From Nitrososphaerales archaeon (GTDB taxonomy: Archaea > Thermoproteota > Nitrososphaeria > Nitrososphaerales > UBA213): a stretch of 64,000 nt of DNA. How positions within the stretch are numbered: the first letter of the stretch is position 1; every line of letters starts with the position of its first letter. This document shows positions 8,022 through 20,032 of the stretch, one piece after another. The notes beneath the pieces are model-generated. The model saw nothing but the letters and a program-made list of their open reading frames with translations, was not told where the DNA came from and did not search any database. A program made the position numbers and the translations under genes. The stretch is from contig CBDAOC010000018.1 of NCBI GenBank assembly GCA_965197925.1, forward strand, positions 192,001-256,000, in the 5' to 3' direction.

Positions 8022-9308
8022 TTGACTAAGAATATCAACGAAGCACTTGCAATGCAGCATGGCATTTATATAGAATTGCGCGGGTGGGTAGTTACCAAGA
8101 ATATTGTTGGTGGCTTATTATTCTTCACTTTACGTGATGGTTCGGGGTATATTCAGGTGGTTGGTAAGAAGGGGGTTACTGATGAAAATTCTCTCACTAA
8201 GATGAAAGACGTGACTATTGAATCAGCAGTTAGATTGAAAGGACAATTGAGAGACGATAGAAGAGCTCCAGGAGGGAAGGAACTCACAATGCAAGAAATG
8301 GAAATAATTGCAAAGGCAGACAAGTGGCCGATAACCAAAAGTGCAGTGAAATCCTCTTCCTTCTTGTATGATAACAGACACCTATCCATACGAGGTAGGA
8401 AAAGTAGTTCAATAATGAAAATAAGGTCGGAATTTATTAGAGCTGTATTCAATTTTTTCGTTGAACATGATTTTGTCTATATAAATGCACCATCAATAGT
8501 ACAATCTGCTGTGGAAGGCGGATCAACGCTATTTGATATTAATTATTTCGGCAAGAAGGCGGCGTTGACGCAAAGTGGACAACTGTATGAAGAGGCAGCC
8601 ATCTGCGCCTTTGGCAAGGTTTTCATCATGCAGCCGGCATTTAGAGCTGAGAAATCTAGGACAACCAAACATCTTACAGAATTTGTAATGATAGAAGCAG
8701 AAGTAGCTTTTAATGAACAACTTGATAATATGAAGCTGCAGGAGGATCTTGTGAATTATGCTTGCACAAGGATAGTAGAAAAGAGAAATAAGGAATTGGA
8801 AATTTTGGGAAGAAAATTTAAAATTCCTGAAAAACCTTTTCCTCATATAACGTATGACGAAGTTAGAGAAATGGTACTAAAAAATGGTATTAACTTTCAA
8901 TACGGTGAAGATATACCAACAGAGGCTGAACGGTTTGTTTCTAAAACATTTGACAGCCCATTCTTCATAACCGATTATCCATTGAGTGCAAGGAGTTTTT
9001 ATCATATGACAAAACCTGACAATGATGCCATAACATTATCGGCTGATCTTATTGCACCAGAAGGATTTGGGGAGATAGCTACCGGGGGCCAAAGAATACA
9101 TGTTTACGATCTCTTGGTTGAGAGGTTAAGGCAGCATGAATTACCGACAGAATCATTCCAATGGTATGTTGATCTACGGAAGTATGGAATGCCTCCACAT
9201 GCTGGTTTTGGCATTGGTGTAGAAAGAGTGGTAAGATGGATATGTAATCTTAAACATGTTAGATCTACTTCTCTATTTCCAAGAACTATAACAAGATTCT
9301 ATCCCTGA
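8022..9308 (+). CDS. asnS: class IIb aminoacyl-tRNA synthetase, most likely asparaginyl
   Basis: OB-fold N-terminus, VEGGSTLF, QSGQLYEE, motif 2 FRAEKSRTTKHLTEF, motif 3 GFGIGVER. Confidence 0.75.
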   Translation: MTKNINEALAMQHGIYIELRGWVVTKNIVGGLLFFTLRDGSGYIQVVGKKGVTDENSLTKMKDVTIESAVRLKGQLRDDRRAPGGKELTMQEMEIIAKADKWPITKSAVKSSSFLYDNRHLSIRGRKSSSIMKIRSEFIRAVFNFFVEHDFVYINAPSIVQSAVEGGSTLFDINYFGKKAALTQSGQLYEEAAICAFGKVFIMQPAFRAEKSRTTKHLTEFVMIEAEVAFNEQLDNMKLQEDLVNYACTRIVEKRNKELEILGRKFKIPEKPFPHITYDEVREMVLKNGINFQYGEDIPTEAERFVSKTFDSPFFITDYPLSARSFYHMTKPDNDAITLSADLIAPEGFGEIATGGQRIHVYDLLVERLRQHELPTESFQWYVDLRKYGMPPHAGFGIGVERVVRWICNLKHVRSTSLFPRTITRFYP

Positions 9309-9768
9309 CCTTTTTTTATTCTATGACCGCACTTACTCAAGTGTCGATACTGCTTTTACATATTTCGATTAATAATTTTTCATCGACATCCAGTACCCTC
9401 CTCAGTGTCTTAATTTATCAAATATGTTAGTTCTAAAATAATTGTAATGTATGGAATTTTAGATCTTTCTATCTTTCTGATCCTTATTGATCATGAGGCA
9501 CTTTATAGATTGTAAATACTGAAATATCAAATAAAAAGTGACCAATTTCATGGAGTTTTATATGATGATAATAAAAATTGTGAGGCATAAATTCATTTAT
9601 CCAGCTATCCAGGTGTTCTTTAACCCTTCTATTTTAGATAGCTGCCGCGAATGGATCGGCGCTCCATATCATCATCTTTCTAGCTTTGTTCTAATACATA
9701 CTAAGCTCGCTGTTATAGTCATCTCATTTGCTGAGGGAAAACTACATGCAATTTGAAACACATGTCTA

Positions 9769-9912
9769 CTACCCTTGGGTTAAGCGTAGTTCTTTCCTCA
9801 GAGCTTCATTAATAATTTCTGCCATAGTTACCCCTCTGACAACAGCCTCTACTTTCGCTCTATCTAATAATTCTTCATCAATTCTAATCGATACTGCAAC
9901 GATTTTGCCCAT
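9769..9912 (-). CDS. CopG/RHH-family DNA-binding protein, 47 aa (not in ORF track)
   Basis: MGKIVAVSIRIDEELLDRAKVEAVVRGVTMAEIINEALRKELRLTQG*. Confidence 0.75.
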   Translation of the reverse strand: MGKIVAVSIRIDEELLDRAKVEAVVRGVTMAEIINEALRKELRLTQG

Positions 9913-10488
9913 ATCTATATTTATGCAGCATCACTCATATGTTTTTCGCCTGCGCAATTGAGAACGAAAATAAAGTGAAAATCATATTAGAATTGCACAG
10001 TATAATGATTTCATGAACGGTTACCATCTAATCAGACCTTTGCTCTTTTTCTTACCTAAACTTACAAAAACATTTTCTTATTTCAGACATTATCTTTCAT
10101 TTTTGTTCCTCCTTGTACTTGAAGAAACACTTTTCATATTCACTATTTCTTTGATAAATTCTACTTATCTCAGCATGCTCATATTCTAGCAAGTGTTATG
10201 AGCAAATATGCAGAGTGTCCATGGAATAATAAAGGTACCATTACAAAACAAAAAACAGATGAGCTTGATCTCAATCTTAACTAAATAATAAAATTATTAA
10301 GAGATCTATTTGAGGAGAATGCGGAAATTATCGAGTGAAATCCACCTCGATCTTGATTGTGAATGTTATCTAAAGTTCTTCAATGCATATTCTGATTATG
10401 GACTACAAATAGAACCGTTTTATAGATACCATGAATCGAAGTACGATGAAGCAAACGATTTTATTCTATTTTCATAAGAAAATGGGAA

Positions 10489-11175
10489 GTGAGGCTCTTT
10501 TATTATGTTCTCCTAATTCTTTTAATATCTTCGGTATTTCCTGAAGCTTTAGGAACAGTTGAGAGAATTGAAGAGGGATTAGTAATACCCTATAATGCCT
10601 TTAACTCTCAGGGAACTGGTGTTGAATACTTTGAATCTGAGCATAAAAGGGATTGGCTCTTAACTATAAAGAACAATTTGATTTACAATTCTGATAATCC
10701 AGAGTCAACAATCGTATTGCGCTTAAAAGAAAATGAAAGAAGTGATGAACATATAGAACTTACAATGGATGGTAAGAATAAAATCACTATCGCTGTGAGC
10801 ATTAAAGAAACTAGTGATCTTCGGTTAAACAATGCTGAGAATTCTTGGTTTTCAGACAAGCCCTTGATATTATTTTATTCAAAGGCTCAGGATGGAAAAA
10901 TCAGCATTAGCAATGGTGAAAGTACTATAGTTGACGGGCTTAAAGTTGGAGAATTTGTACCTCGAGTCATTGAATTTTACGGATTGGGTCATTCTCAGGA
11001 TTTGCCCGTGGTATTAGAAGGGAAAATCAGATTGGAGATTATATCTGGCGATCCTGTGGCCAATTTTCCATTCATGTTGATATTGATCATCGTTGGGTTT
11101 GCTGCTGCACTTGGATTAAGCCTACGTAAGCTCAAAAGTAATAAAGAATGGTATTCAAAAACTAGTGATCAATAA
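10489..11175 (+). CDS. membrane-anchored exported hypothetical protein
   Basis: N-terminal signal peptide and C-terminal TM helix. Confidence 0.75.
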   Translation: MRLFYYVLLILLISSVFPEALGTVERIEEGLVIPYNAFNSQGTGVEYFESEHKRDWLLTIKNNLIYNSDNPESTIVLRLKENERSDEHIELTMDGKNKITIAVSIKETSDLRLNNAENSWFSDKPLILFYSKAQDGKISISNGESTIVDGLKVGEFVPRVIEFYGLGHSQDLPVVLEGKIRLEIISGDPVANFPFMLILIIVGFAAALGLSLRKLKSNKEWYSKTSDQ

Positions 11176-11238
11176 TTCAACAATAAATTTATTTACCAAT
11201 CGGGAAACCTATTTGAATAAAAAAGATTGAGTTGTTGT

Positions 11239-11406
11239 TCAGCTTAGCACGTAATTAGCATGGGGTTTCGCGAGATAATGTGATGGATTCGTCTCAAAGC
11301 TGACCTGACATCCAGCCACATCAAAGTAATACTTTTTACCTTGGTGTTCAGTTACCCACTCAGAATTCTCATCTACTTCCCCTCCACATACTATATCTCT
11401 TGCCAT
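11239..11406 (-). CDS. YHS/TRASH metal-binding domain protein, 55 aa (not in ORF track)
   Basis: MARDIVCGGEVDE...HQGKKYYFDVAGCQVSFETNPSHY. Confidence 0.8.
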   Translation of the reverse strand: MARDIVCGGEVDENSEWVTEHQGKKYYFDVAGCQVSFETNPSHYLAKPHANYVLS

Positions 11407-11621
11407 TATCGTTCGGTTTTATGTCCAATCGCTTGCTTATAAGATTTTCCAACTTGCCTATATCCATAGTAGAATTCTTTAGATCTTCCTCTATGATCTA
11501 ATAATTTCATTCATTATTTTAGCTATGAAATAAAGTGTTGTTAATATTATGAGTACGAATTAATCAAGTGGATCAAAATGATGGCAATTTGATCACCGGT
11601 TGATCATCTCTAATTGTATGG

Positions 11622-13109
11622 TTGCTCGTTAGACTAAATATTCGAGGAAAATTTTATAAGATAGTGGAAGAGATAAAGGGAAAAGAGGAGCAGAAATTGG
11701 TAAAATTCATTATGCTAGGATTCGACGGATGTTCACCGGAACAGGTTTACAGACACACTGATGAGTTGCCGAATATCAAGAGAATAATGGATGCTGGCGG
11801 ATATGGGGTAAATAAAAGTGTTATACCTCCTATAACGCCACATGCATGGACAACCATCTTTTCAGGAAAGAATCCAGGCGCGTTCGGATACTGGGACTTT
11901 CAGTATAGATCGAGCTACTCCTACGTGGAAGATCAAAGAGCGACATCGATGACATGTAAAGAGCCTAGACTTCACAATATTCTTCCCAAGAAAGGTTTTA
12001 AGATGGGAATGGCAGGAGTACCACTCTCATCGCCACCTTTGGATATAATGAACGGGTTCTGTATATCTGACTTTATGACAGGAACAACCAAGGGAAATTG
12101 GATACATCCTCCTACGATGGCCCCGGAAGTACACAGTTGTTGCGGAGATTGGATCTTTGACGCATCTACGGTAGATGAAAATTTCAGAAAGATGGAGAAA
12201 GGAAAGCTGAAACAGAGAATAGCAGATATGGATGTACAGAGGTTCAAGCTTTTCAAAGCAGTTCATGAGAAATACGACTTCTTGGCAGCGGACTGTATGG
12301 GTACAGACAGAATGGGACATTTATTCTGGAGTGACTTTGATCCTAAACATGTAAGGTTTGTAGAGAACTCTCCACACCAGGATGCCTATGTTGAGCACTT
12401 GAAGTTCTTGGATAAGAACGTCGGGGAGCTAGTAGACAAAGTGGGAGGCTTGGAGAAGACAAACTTTATGATATTGAGCGATCACAATGTGCAGAGACTA
12501 GATGGAAGATGTAACATCAACATGTGGTTGATCGAGAATGGATATATGAAATTGAAGGAAGGCGCAAAACCAGAAATAAAAACAAACCTAACAGAATTAC
12601 TGACAAATATGGTCGATTGGTCACAGACTAAAGCATGGGGAAGTGGCTATCAAGGACAGATCTTCTTGAACATGAAGGGCAGAGAGAGATTTGGTATAGT
12701 CGATGAAAAAGATTATGACACCGTCCTTGACGGAATACTCAAAGAACTAAGTGATTTCCCAGACGAAAAAGGAAACAAGATAGAGGGTACCAGAGTAACG
12801 AAGAGAAAGGACGTATACAGTGGGAAATATTCTCATTTGGCACCTGACCTGTTCTTATGGATCGGAAATGGAAATTGGGCTGTAAACGAGAGACTTGGAT
12901 ATGATTCATTGTACTCATATGACACATTGTTAGGCCAAGACGATGGAATACATGGCGATGACTGCACATTCATGATGGGTGGACCTGATGTTCCCCGCTT
13001 GGGCGAAATAAAGGGAGGTAGCCTGCTTGATATTGCACCTACAATGCTTGACATAATGGGCGTAGAAAAACCATCAGACTTCGAAGGAAAATCTTTCATA
13101 AAGAAATAA
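11622..13109 (+). CDS. alkaline-phosphatase-superfamily protein (type I phosphodiesterase/nucleotide pyrophosphatase)
   Basis: LGFDG, SVIPPITPHAWTTIFSGKNPG, DRMGH, ILSDH, DIAPT; true start probably TTG near 11697. Confidence 0.88.
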   Translation: MLVRLNIRGKFYKIVEEIKGKEEQKLVKFIMLGFDGCSPEQVYRHTDELPNIKRIMDAGGYGVNKSVIPPITPHAWTTIFSGKNPGAFGYWDFQYRSSYSYVEDQRATSMTCKEPRLHNILPKKGFKMGMAGVPLSSPPLDIMNGFCISDFMTGTTKGNWIHPPTMAPEVHSCCGDWIFDASTVDENFRKMEKGKLKQRIADMDVQRFKLFKAVHEKYDFLAADCMGTDRMGHLFWSDFDPKHVRFVENSPHQDAYVEHLKFLDKNVGELVDKVGGLEKTNFMILSDHNVQRLDGRCNINMWLIENGYMKLKEGAKPEIKTNLTELLTNMVDWSQTKAWGSGYQGQIFLNMKGRERFGIVDEKDYDTVLDGILKELSDFPDEKGNKIEGTRVTKRKDVYSGKYSHLAPDLFLWIGNGNWAVNERLGYDSLYSYDTLLGQDDGIHGDDCTFMMGGPDVPRLGEIKGGSLLDIAPTMLDIMGVEKPSDFEGKSFIKK

Positions 13110-13298
13110 GACAACTTACAACCGGTGAAATAAAAAACACAAACCCCCTTTTTTATATTTAGATAGAATTAACAATGTTTGTATTCATCAATTTTAATTA
13201 TATTTAATATATAGAAAAGTGCTCAATCGTGAACAGAAACTATTTCTAAATATGAATTGAAAAATACTTCATTGGTTCCTCTTACCCGAACAAACAAA

Positions 13299-13976
13299 TC
13301 ATTCTTCTCCAAAAACTATCTTTTCAAATATTGTTCTTCCTAGGAATTTAGCTTGTGAAAAGTCATGCTCTCCAAATACAGTCCGCTGGAAGTTAGCCTC
13401 ATCGTTAAATGTAGTGTTCTTAAAGTCAGCCTTCCTAAATGAGGCATCCTGGAAGACAGCTGTTCCATCAAACTGAGCTCCCTCAAAGCTTACCAGATCA
13501 AAGGTCGTACTTTTGAAGTAGGCAAGCTTTTTGAATACAGTCCGCTGGAAGTTAGCCTCATCGTTAAATGTAGTGTTCTTAAAGTCAGCCTTCCTAAATG
13601 AGGCATCCTGGAAGACAGCTGTTCCATCAAACTGAGCTCCCTCAAAGCTTACCAGATCAAAGGTCGTACTTTTGAAGTCTGTCAGATCGTGGAATCTAGT
13701 AAAGTCAAAATAAGTCGCCTTTTCAAAAACCTGGGTGACCCTCAGCTCAGGTAAGTTATATCCTATACATAACAAATCCTCTTTTTCTGAAATTGCAATT
13801 TCAATCTTTTTGATCAACATTTCATTTACTTCGCTTGGATTTTCTTGCCAGTAACCTAGATCATGAAATATGCAATGAATTCCTGTGGAAAGCGCTTCTT
13901 CATCACAACGATAAGGTATCTCCAACCAAGTATTATAGTTATAATACCAAGTTTGGAAGTCACACCGATTTGGCAA
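13299..13976 (-). CDS. pentapeptide-repeat protein with a perfect internal duplication
   Basis: CIFH N-terminal motif and F-x4-F periodicity; 13375-13519 is identical to 13534-13678. Confidence 0.85.
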   Translation of the reverse strand: MPNRCDFQTWYYNYNTWLEIPYRCDEEALSTGIHCIFHDLGYWQENPSEVNEMLIKKIEIAISEKEDLLCIGYNLPELRVTQVFEKATYFDFTRFHDLTDFKSTTFDLVSFEGAQFDGTAVFQDASFRKADFKNTTFNDEANFQRTVFKKLAYFKSTTFDLVSFEGAQFDGTAVFQDASFRKADFKNTTFNDEANFQRTVFGEHDFSQAKFLGRTIFEKIVFGEE

Positions 13977-14263
13977 ATCATGTTCACGCTCCTATGAACT
14001 CTCTAATAGGTCAAACAACGTATTTAACCCCTCAATAGATACTCATTAAATCTACTATGCATTTAAAGGCTCAAAGAATTCTTCTAATTCTTGAATTTTG
14101 CCGCATTCGACATAATTCTCCATTAGATGATTTCCCTTAACAGCAAATCCAAGTATTAAGGTATGTTCTCTGTGCTTCTTACCCGAAGGAAAGGTATACT
14201 TCCCATGTAAAAAGTGTATTTACTCGGGCAAATGTTATATCTTACAATTTTCAAGTATTGTAA

Positions 14264-14692
14264 GTGAAATGGGTTACCCGTGAGAAGGCAAAAGTTGACA
14301 GGATTGCGTGTCCATGGCTCATAAAGAAATTCGTCGATCCAGAAGCCGAATTTCTCTTTGTTTCTGCGGATAATGTTATGAAAGCTGCAAATGAACAAAA
14401 TGCCATTCCCTTTGATATTCCAGATGTGGAACTCGGCCATCATGGTGAAAAATGTAGTTTTGATGCCATTATAGAGAAATACAACATCCAAGATAGGGCC
14501 CTCTTCCAGCTTGCAATGATAGTCCGGGGTGCAGATACTCCTAACAGAACATTAACTCAGGAATCCCTTGGACTTGTAGCTGTTGCAGAGGGATTCAGAG
14601 CAATAACGAAGAATGACTTTGATAACATGCACAAGCAGTTTTTTGTGTATGATGCTCTTTATGAATTCTGTAGGATTAAGATGTTAGAATAA
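14264..14692 (+). CDS. chrB: chromate resistance protein, ChrB domain
   Basis: MKWVTRE..KVDRIACPWLIKKFVDPEAEF, HHGEKCSFDA, IVRGADT. Confidence 0.9.
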   Translation: MKWVTREKAKVDRIACPWLIKKFVDPEAEFLFVSADNVMKAANEQNAIPFDIPDVELGHHGEKCSFDAIIEKYNIQDRALFQLAMIVRGADTPNRTLTQESLGLVAVAEGFRAITKNDFDNMHKQFFVYDALYEFCRIKMLE

Positions 14693-15319
14693 CAAGATAA
14701 GAAAATGTTTCATATGGTGTTCTGATGAAACTGCTGTGTTGAATAATCAACTTAGAGAAAATAGAATCTTCTTACCATGAGACTTCAACATACTCGCCGA
14801 GAAACAAGTATCACGTAGAAACCAGGATTATTCATCTTTGGCTTAAGTTGAATAAAAAATCTTCTACCCATTAGAAATGAAACTGGTTCTAAAAGTTGGT
14901 AACTACAAAAGTATAGAGGTTGGTTTCAAATGACCCAATTCCATTATGAACAAATGACGTGAAAGATCTGTCGTTCCTTTTCTCCGATCTACAATTCACA
15001 ATTGACAAAACGAATTTCATTATATGAACGACTATTCTTTACGGCATTGATATTTTGTTGTATACTTTTCTAACAAATAGGAGAACAATGATACCGTGTA
15101 TAATAGTTTATTCTTATTGCTCCGATATTACTTAATGGACTAACTATGTATATGTACTAAAGTTGGTTTGTGCCGTATGAAATCATTATCATCCATCATC
15201 ATGCTGCCTACACGGTTTGCTCCGTAATCAATCGTCTTCCTTTGTAAATATATGTCAAGCGTTAATTCAAACCACAGGATGGACCATTTATTCATCAACC
15301 TAATATATTACCTATTATA

Positions 15320-16190
15320 CAACTCATCTCAAAACTAACCATTTAGACAATTTTTAGCAACCATTTAGATCCATGAATAGCGACATCTAAAATTATTTTA
15401 TGAAATTCCAAGAATTATCAGACAAACAGTGGAGTATGATGGAATCACACATACCACCACATGCAAAAACTGGCAGGCCTAGGGATGATGATAGAAAAAT
15501 CATTAACGGAATAATCCATGTTCTAACTACTGGATGCCGATGGGACGATATGCCAAAAAGATATGGTGATGATTCTACTGCAAACAGAAGGTTAAACAAA
15601 TGGCAACAAAAAGGAATCTGGAAAAAGATTCTATCGCGTACTATTCACTCAGCACATAAATCTGGCAAAATTAATCTACAAATATCAGTTGACTCTTCAT
15701 CCATTCCTGATAAAAAAGGGGCAATGTAACTGGATATAATGGATTCAAGAGAATAACAGGTACAAAAATACATGCCGCAGTAGAGAGTAACGGATTTCCA
15801 ATATCCATACTGTTGAGTCCAGCAAATGAACATGACAGTACAAAATGCATGGATGTTACAGGATCAATTTCAGACTATCTTGATGATGATTCAATACAAC
15901 AGATAGAACCAGTTTATGCAGACAAAATGATGCAAAATACATCAGAATGTATTTGTGGGATAGAAATATTGCATGTTGCATCCCATACAAAATAAATTCC
16001 AAGTTCATCTTGCAAAATAATGATTGCAAACATTGCAACAAGACAAGATTTGTAGTTGAGAGATTCCTTGCATGGCTCAAGAATGGATTTCACAGAACAA
16101 GAATCAGGTATGAAAGAACGGCAGAAAACTACCTGGCATTTGTTAATCTTGCATCATTTTTGATGTATTGTAGGGTTTTGAGATGAGTTG
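15320..16190 (+). mobile_element. IS5-family element type B, copy 1 (defective orfB)
   Basis: 16-bp TIR CAACTCATCTCAAAAC / GTTTTGAGATGAGTTG; orfA 15400-15729; DKGYD motif destroyed by a frameshift. Confidence 0.92.
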
Positions 16191-17114
16191 ATGGTGAGAT
16201 GCTTCATCGTTAGAGTATGGATAAGAATACCAAGCAACAATGCTTTGCATGAATACTATTCGATAGACATGCCATACAACAGGAAGGTAATGAAGGCATG
16301 TGGTCTTAATAGGTTGCCAGACAGAAGAACATTCGACAGAAGGTCAAGGCCGTATCAATTGACATAAGATCAAGGATAGATGTTATGGGTATGCTCTTCA
16401 TAAAAGATGGGTTGGTAGACCCATCCATAGTATCCGTTGACAGTTCCTTGTTGAAAGCAAAGGGACATGTATGGCATAGATCAAACATGAAGAAGAATGA
16501 AGTGCCACGCTCCGGTATAGATACAGATGCTCGATGGGGCTACAGCAGAACCAAGGGATGGGTATTCGGATACAAGATGCATCTAGCATGTAGCACAGGT
16601 TCATTGATAGTTCCATTATCAGCTGATTTCACAACAGCTAACATTACTGATAACAAGATGTATGAAAGCATAACATCTTCATTGCCTACAGGAATGGTAA
16701 GGTATGTTGTAAGAGATGAAGGATATGATGATCACAAGTTATGTGATTTCAGCAGGTATAGAGGGCATCCAGTATTCCCATTGGAAAGGTACAAGCATAC
16801 TACAGATAATAATAGACTGGCATTGCTGCAGTTCTATCAATCTGAATTTGGGCAGCATGTATATTCTCGGAGGAGCATAAGCGTTGAACCATTGATAGAG
16901 CATATGAAAGATGTATTTACCATAGACCCATTACCAGTTAGAGGATTTGATAAGGTAAGGAGTATAGTGTTGTTATCAGTATTGTTGTATCAGGTAATGG
17001 TGTACTACAATCATCTAGCAGGAAGACCATTAAGGGCATTGAAGCACATGCTCGGAAGTTAATCAATCAGAGGCATCAAGTTATTTTTGTTATATGTAAT
17101 AATGCCCATGCCTC
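16191..17114 (+). mobile_element. 5'-truncated type C DDE IS
   Basis: Transposase VDSS...GYKMHL...GYD...RISVEP (ORF 16385-17062); right TIR present, left end replaced by the IS5 element. Confidence 0.92.
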
Positions 17115-17174
17115 AATTATATGTGAAACATACATTTTGCATATTCATAAATCAGTTAACTAAATCCTAAGGAA

Positions 17175-17700
17175 TCATTTTTCTACAGGTATATTGGGTT
17201 TAAGCTCACTGAAATCCAAGTGATTTATTCTTCCCTCAATATACATCATCAATTCTCTAGTCTTTATCTCGATAATACTAGATCACTGATGCTTTCTGTT
17301 CTTATAGATAACACTCATTCCAAAAAGTTTTCCAAGTTTGGTTAACAAAAGTTTTACAGCATTTGGTCTTAATCTAATGTTCCCTTTTAGTTTCTAGGAA
17401 ATCCTTCTTCTTTATCCACTTCCTAAATGCAATTTTAACAACAGTGATATCTAGCCATCTAAAAGGTTCCATCAAATCATATACCAATGATGCCTTATTG
17501 TTGTAGTTTTCATGCAAAAATCCTACATAAGCATCCAAACCAACTTTGTTGACAGCCTTCCAACATTCACTTTCTAAAACAGAATATCCATAATTCAGCA
17601 AAGCGTTAACAGGATCAATGACATTCCTGGGTTTTCTTTGACCACTCCTGGCTTCAAACTCAAACTTATCATCAATTACGTTAGTTATAGCATCCCAGTA
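17175..17700 (-). pseudogene. cas1: C-terminal half of a Cas1-solo/casposase-like gene, with a frameshift and an in-frame TGA
   Basis: YWDAIT...FEARSG...DPVNALLNYGYSVLESEC...VGLDAYVGFLHE...SLVYDLMEPFRWL...KKKDF, then after a shift IRLRPNAVKLL...YKNRKHQ*SSIIEIKTREL...LDFSE. Confidence 0.9.
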
Positions 17701-18115
17701 TCATTGTATACCACAAAACACTTGTCCCCTGCCATTAGAATCATGTTATCTCACCTCACCCAACAATATCTTATCTTGAGGCGTAGAGAAGGCTAACAAA
17801 ACGATTATTCATAATATAGATTTGAGCCACTAGTTTTATACACCATCTGTCCTCGCTTCAAGACTAGAATCTGATAAGACCATCAATCAGATACATGAGT
17901 TCTAGTAAATTTACATTGAGCTAGAACATTTACACAGACAACATAAAGCTTAAGAGTATTTACGAACTAATTTACTGTTATGAACTGTCTTATACCGCCG
18001 GGAATATTCCTCGGTCTGATTCCAGTATTGTCATCTCTGGATATCTCTTCTTATTGAAATGGCCGTTCCGAAGGAATTCTTAACTTCACATATGGAAATA
18101 GTGTTAGGGTGTAGT

Positions 18116-20032
18116 ATGAGAATGAGAACAATATTATCATTTGCCGTGATTGCAATACTAACAATAAGCTTGGTAAGCGTGCCCTCGGTGTACGCTCCTT
18201 CCGCTATTCCAAAGGAGATCCAAAGGGTCCAAACGACCTTCCAGAAGTTAGTGTAGCACCATCTAAGATACGGGTTATTGATGGTGAGAATATTATAGCA
18301 TATACAAGACCTCTTTACACCGCCTTTGATGATCCTTCTAATCACGAAGTATCTACCGATTTACATGATGGAGTGGCAAAACTAAGCCTAACTAGAAGCG
18401 ACGGTACCTTTGGTTGTAGTGGAGCCTTAGCAAGTGATAAACTACATATTATTACAGCAGTACATTGTGTGGCCGACGATTTTGGAAATTACATTTTATT
18501 ATCTGGAACAGCTACATTTGAAGGCGATTCTAAATCTATAACCATACCAATAGATCCACTAAACTCTTTATCTCATCCTAATTATGATGGCGATTTCATT
18601 AGAGGAAATGATATAGCCGTTTTAAAACTTGTATCAACTGCTCCTCCCCCAAGTTCCAGGAATCCCCCATGCTACTTCTGATAATTCAGTTGGTCAAGTA
18701 GGAGATAAAATTGGATTTGGTTGGTCTGGGTTCTTGAGCTCCGGAGCTGACAGGCCCACTTATCCATTTGGCACCAAAAGGGATGGCCAAAACCAGTATG
18801 ACTCTTTTGCTGATACAATGTACTTAGCATTAGGATTGGTTCCAAATACGGACTTTGTACCCCAAACAGTATATCAATATGATTCTGATGATGGAGATTC
18901 ACAACATGATGCATTTGACTTTTTCTTTGGAAACTCTGACCTTGGTTTAGGTAATGCTGAAGTTATTTCCGCGCCAGGAGATTCTGGAGGACCGACGATT
19001 CTAAACGGAGAACTCGTAGGTATTACATCTTATGGAATAACCCTAGAATTCTCTCGAGGACCGCCTCCAAGAACTTCGGATTGTACCACAGAAGGTAAAA
19101 GCCCAATATTAGATAGCAGTTGTGGAGAGTTTGTAGGAGATACACGCGTCTCTTCTTATACTAATTTTATTGGTAGTGTCTTAAATTCTGGACCTAATAA
19201 TCCGCCCACTGCATTTGCTAATGGTCCTTACAGCGGAACGGAAGATTCAGCCATTTTATTTGATGGTATAGGTTCTTCAGACCCTGATGGTGATCAATTA
19301 ACATATTCGTGGGACTTTGGTGATGGTTCAGCTGGTTCAGGAGCAGCCCCCACTCACACTTATAGCTGGGGTGAAACATTCACTATTACATTAACGGTAA
19401 ATGATGGAAAAGGAGGTAGTGACACGGCCACTACTTCTGCTACAGTTACAGAGGTGAATGACCCGCCAACAGCTGATCCCAATGGTTCACACAGCGGAAC
19501 TGTAAACGAAGCAATAACATTTGATGGTTCCGGTTCATTTGATCCGGATAATCAAGATGGAACTACCCTCAATGATCAAACATTAACTTATTCATGGGAC
19601 TTTGGGGACACCGGAACAGGAATAGGTGTTAACCCACCTCACACATATACTTCAACAGGATCATTTACAGTTTCACTAACTGTGAGTGATGGAACAGCAT
19701 CTGATACCTCAACAACTACCGTTACAGTTAACGAGGTCTCGCTAGGGGTAACTGTTACATCAATTACTCCTAATTCTGTAGTTGAGGGTCAGTCAGTGGG
19801 TGTAACAATTGGTGGAAGTGGGTTCGTGTCAGGAGCGTCGGTTACATTATCAAGTGGTAGTGGTCTAACACCAAATGTTTCTAATGTTGTAGTTGATGAC
19901 ATTACCATTACAGCTACCATTACAACCCAAAATGGTGGCCCACCCCGTGAGCGTGTCTGGGACGTTACTGTAACAAATACAGATGCATCCAGTGATACTC
20001 TAGTTGACGGTTTCACAGTAATACCTAACTAA
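18116..20032 (+). pseudogene. secreted trypsin-like serine protease with two PKD domains and an IPT/Ig-like domain, split by two frameshifts
   Basis: Signal peptide; TAVHC, DIAVLKL and GDSGGP triad motifs; YSWDFGDG x2; shifts near 18210 and in a C-run near 18645. Confidence 0.85.

Noticed and set aside
13375..13678. Diversity-generating retroelement TR/VR pair
   Set aside because: The copies are identical, with no adenine-specific mismatches, and there is no reverse transcriptase in the window
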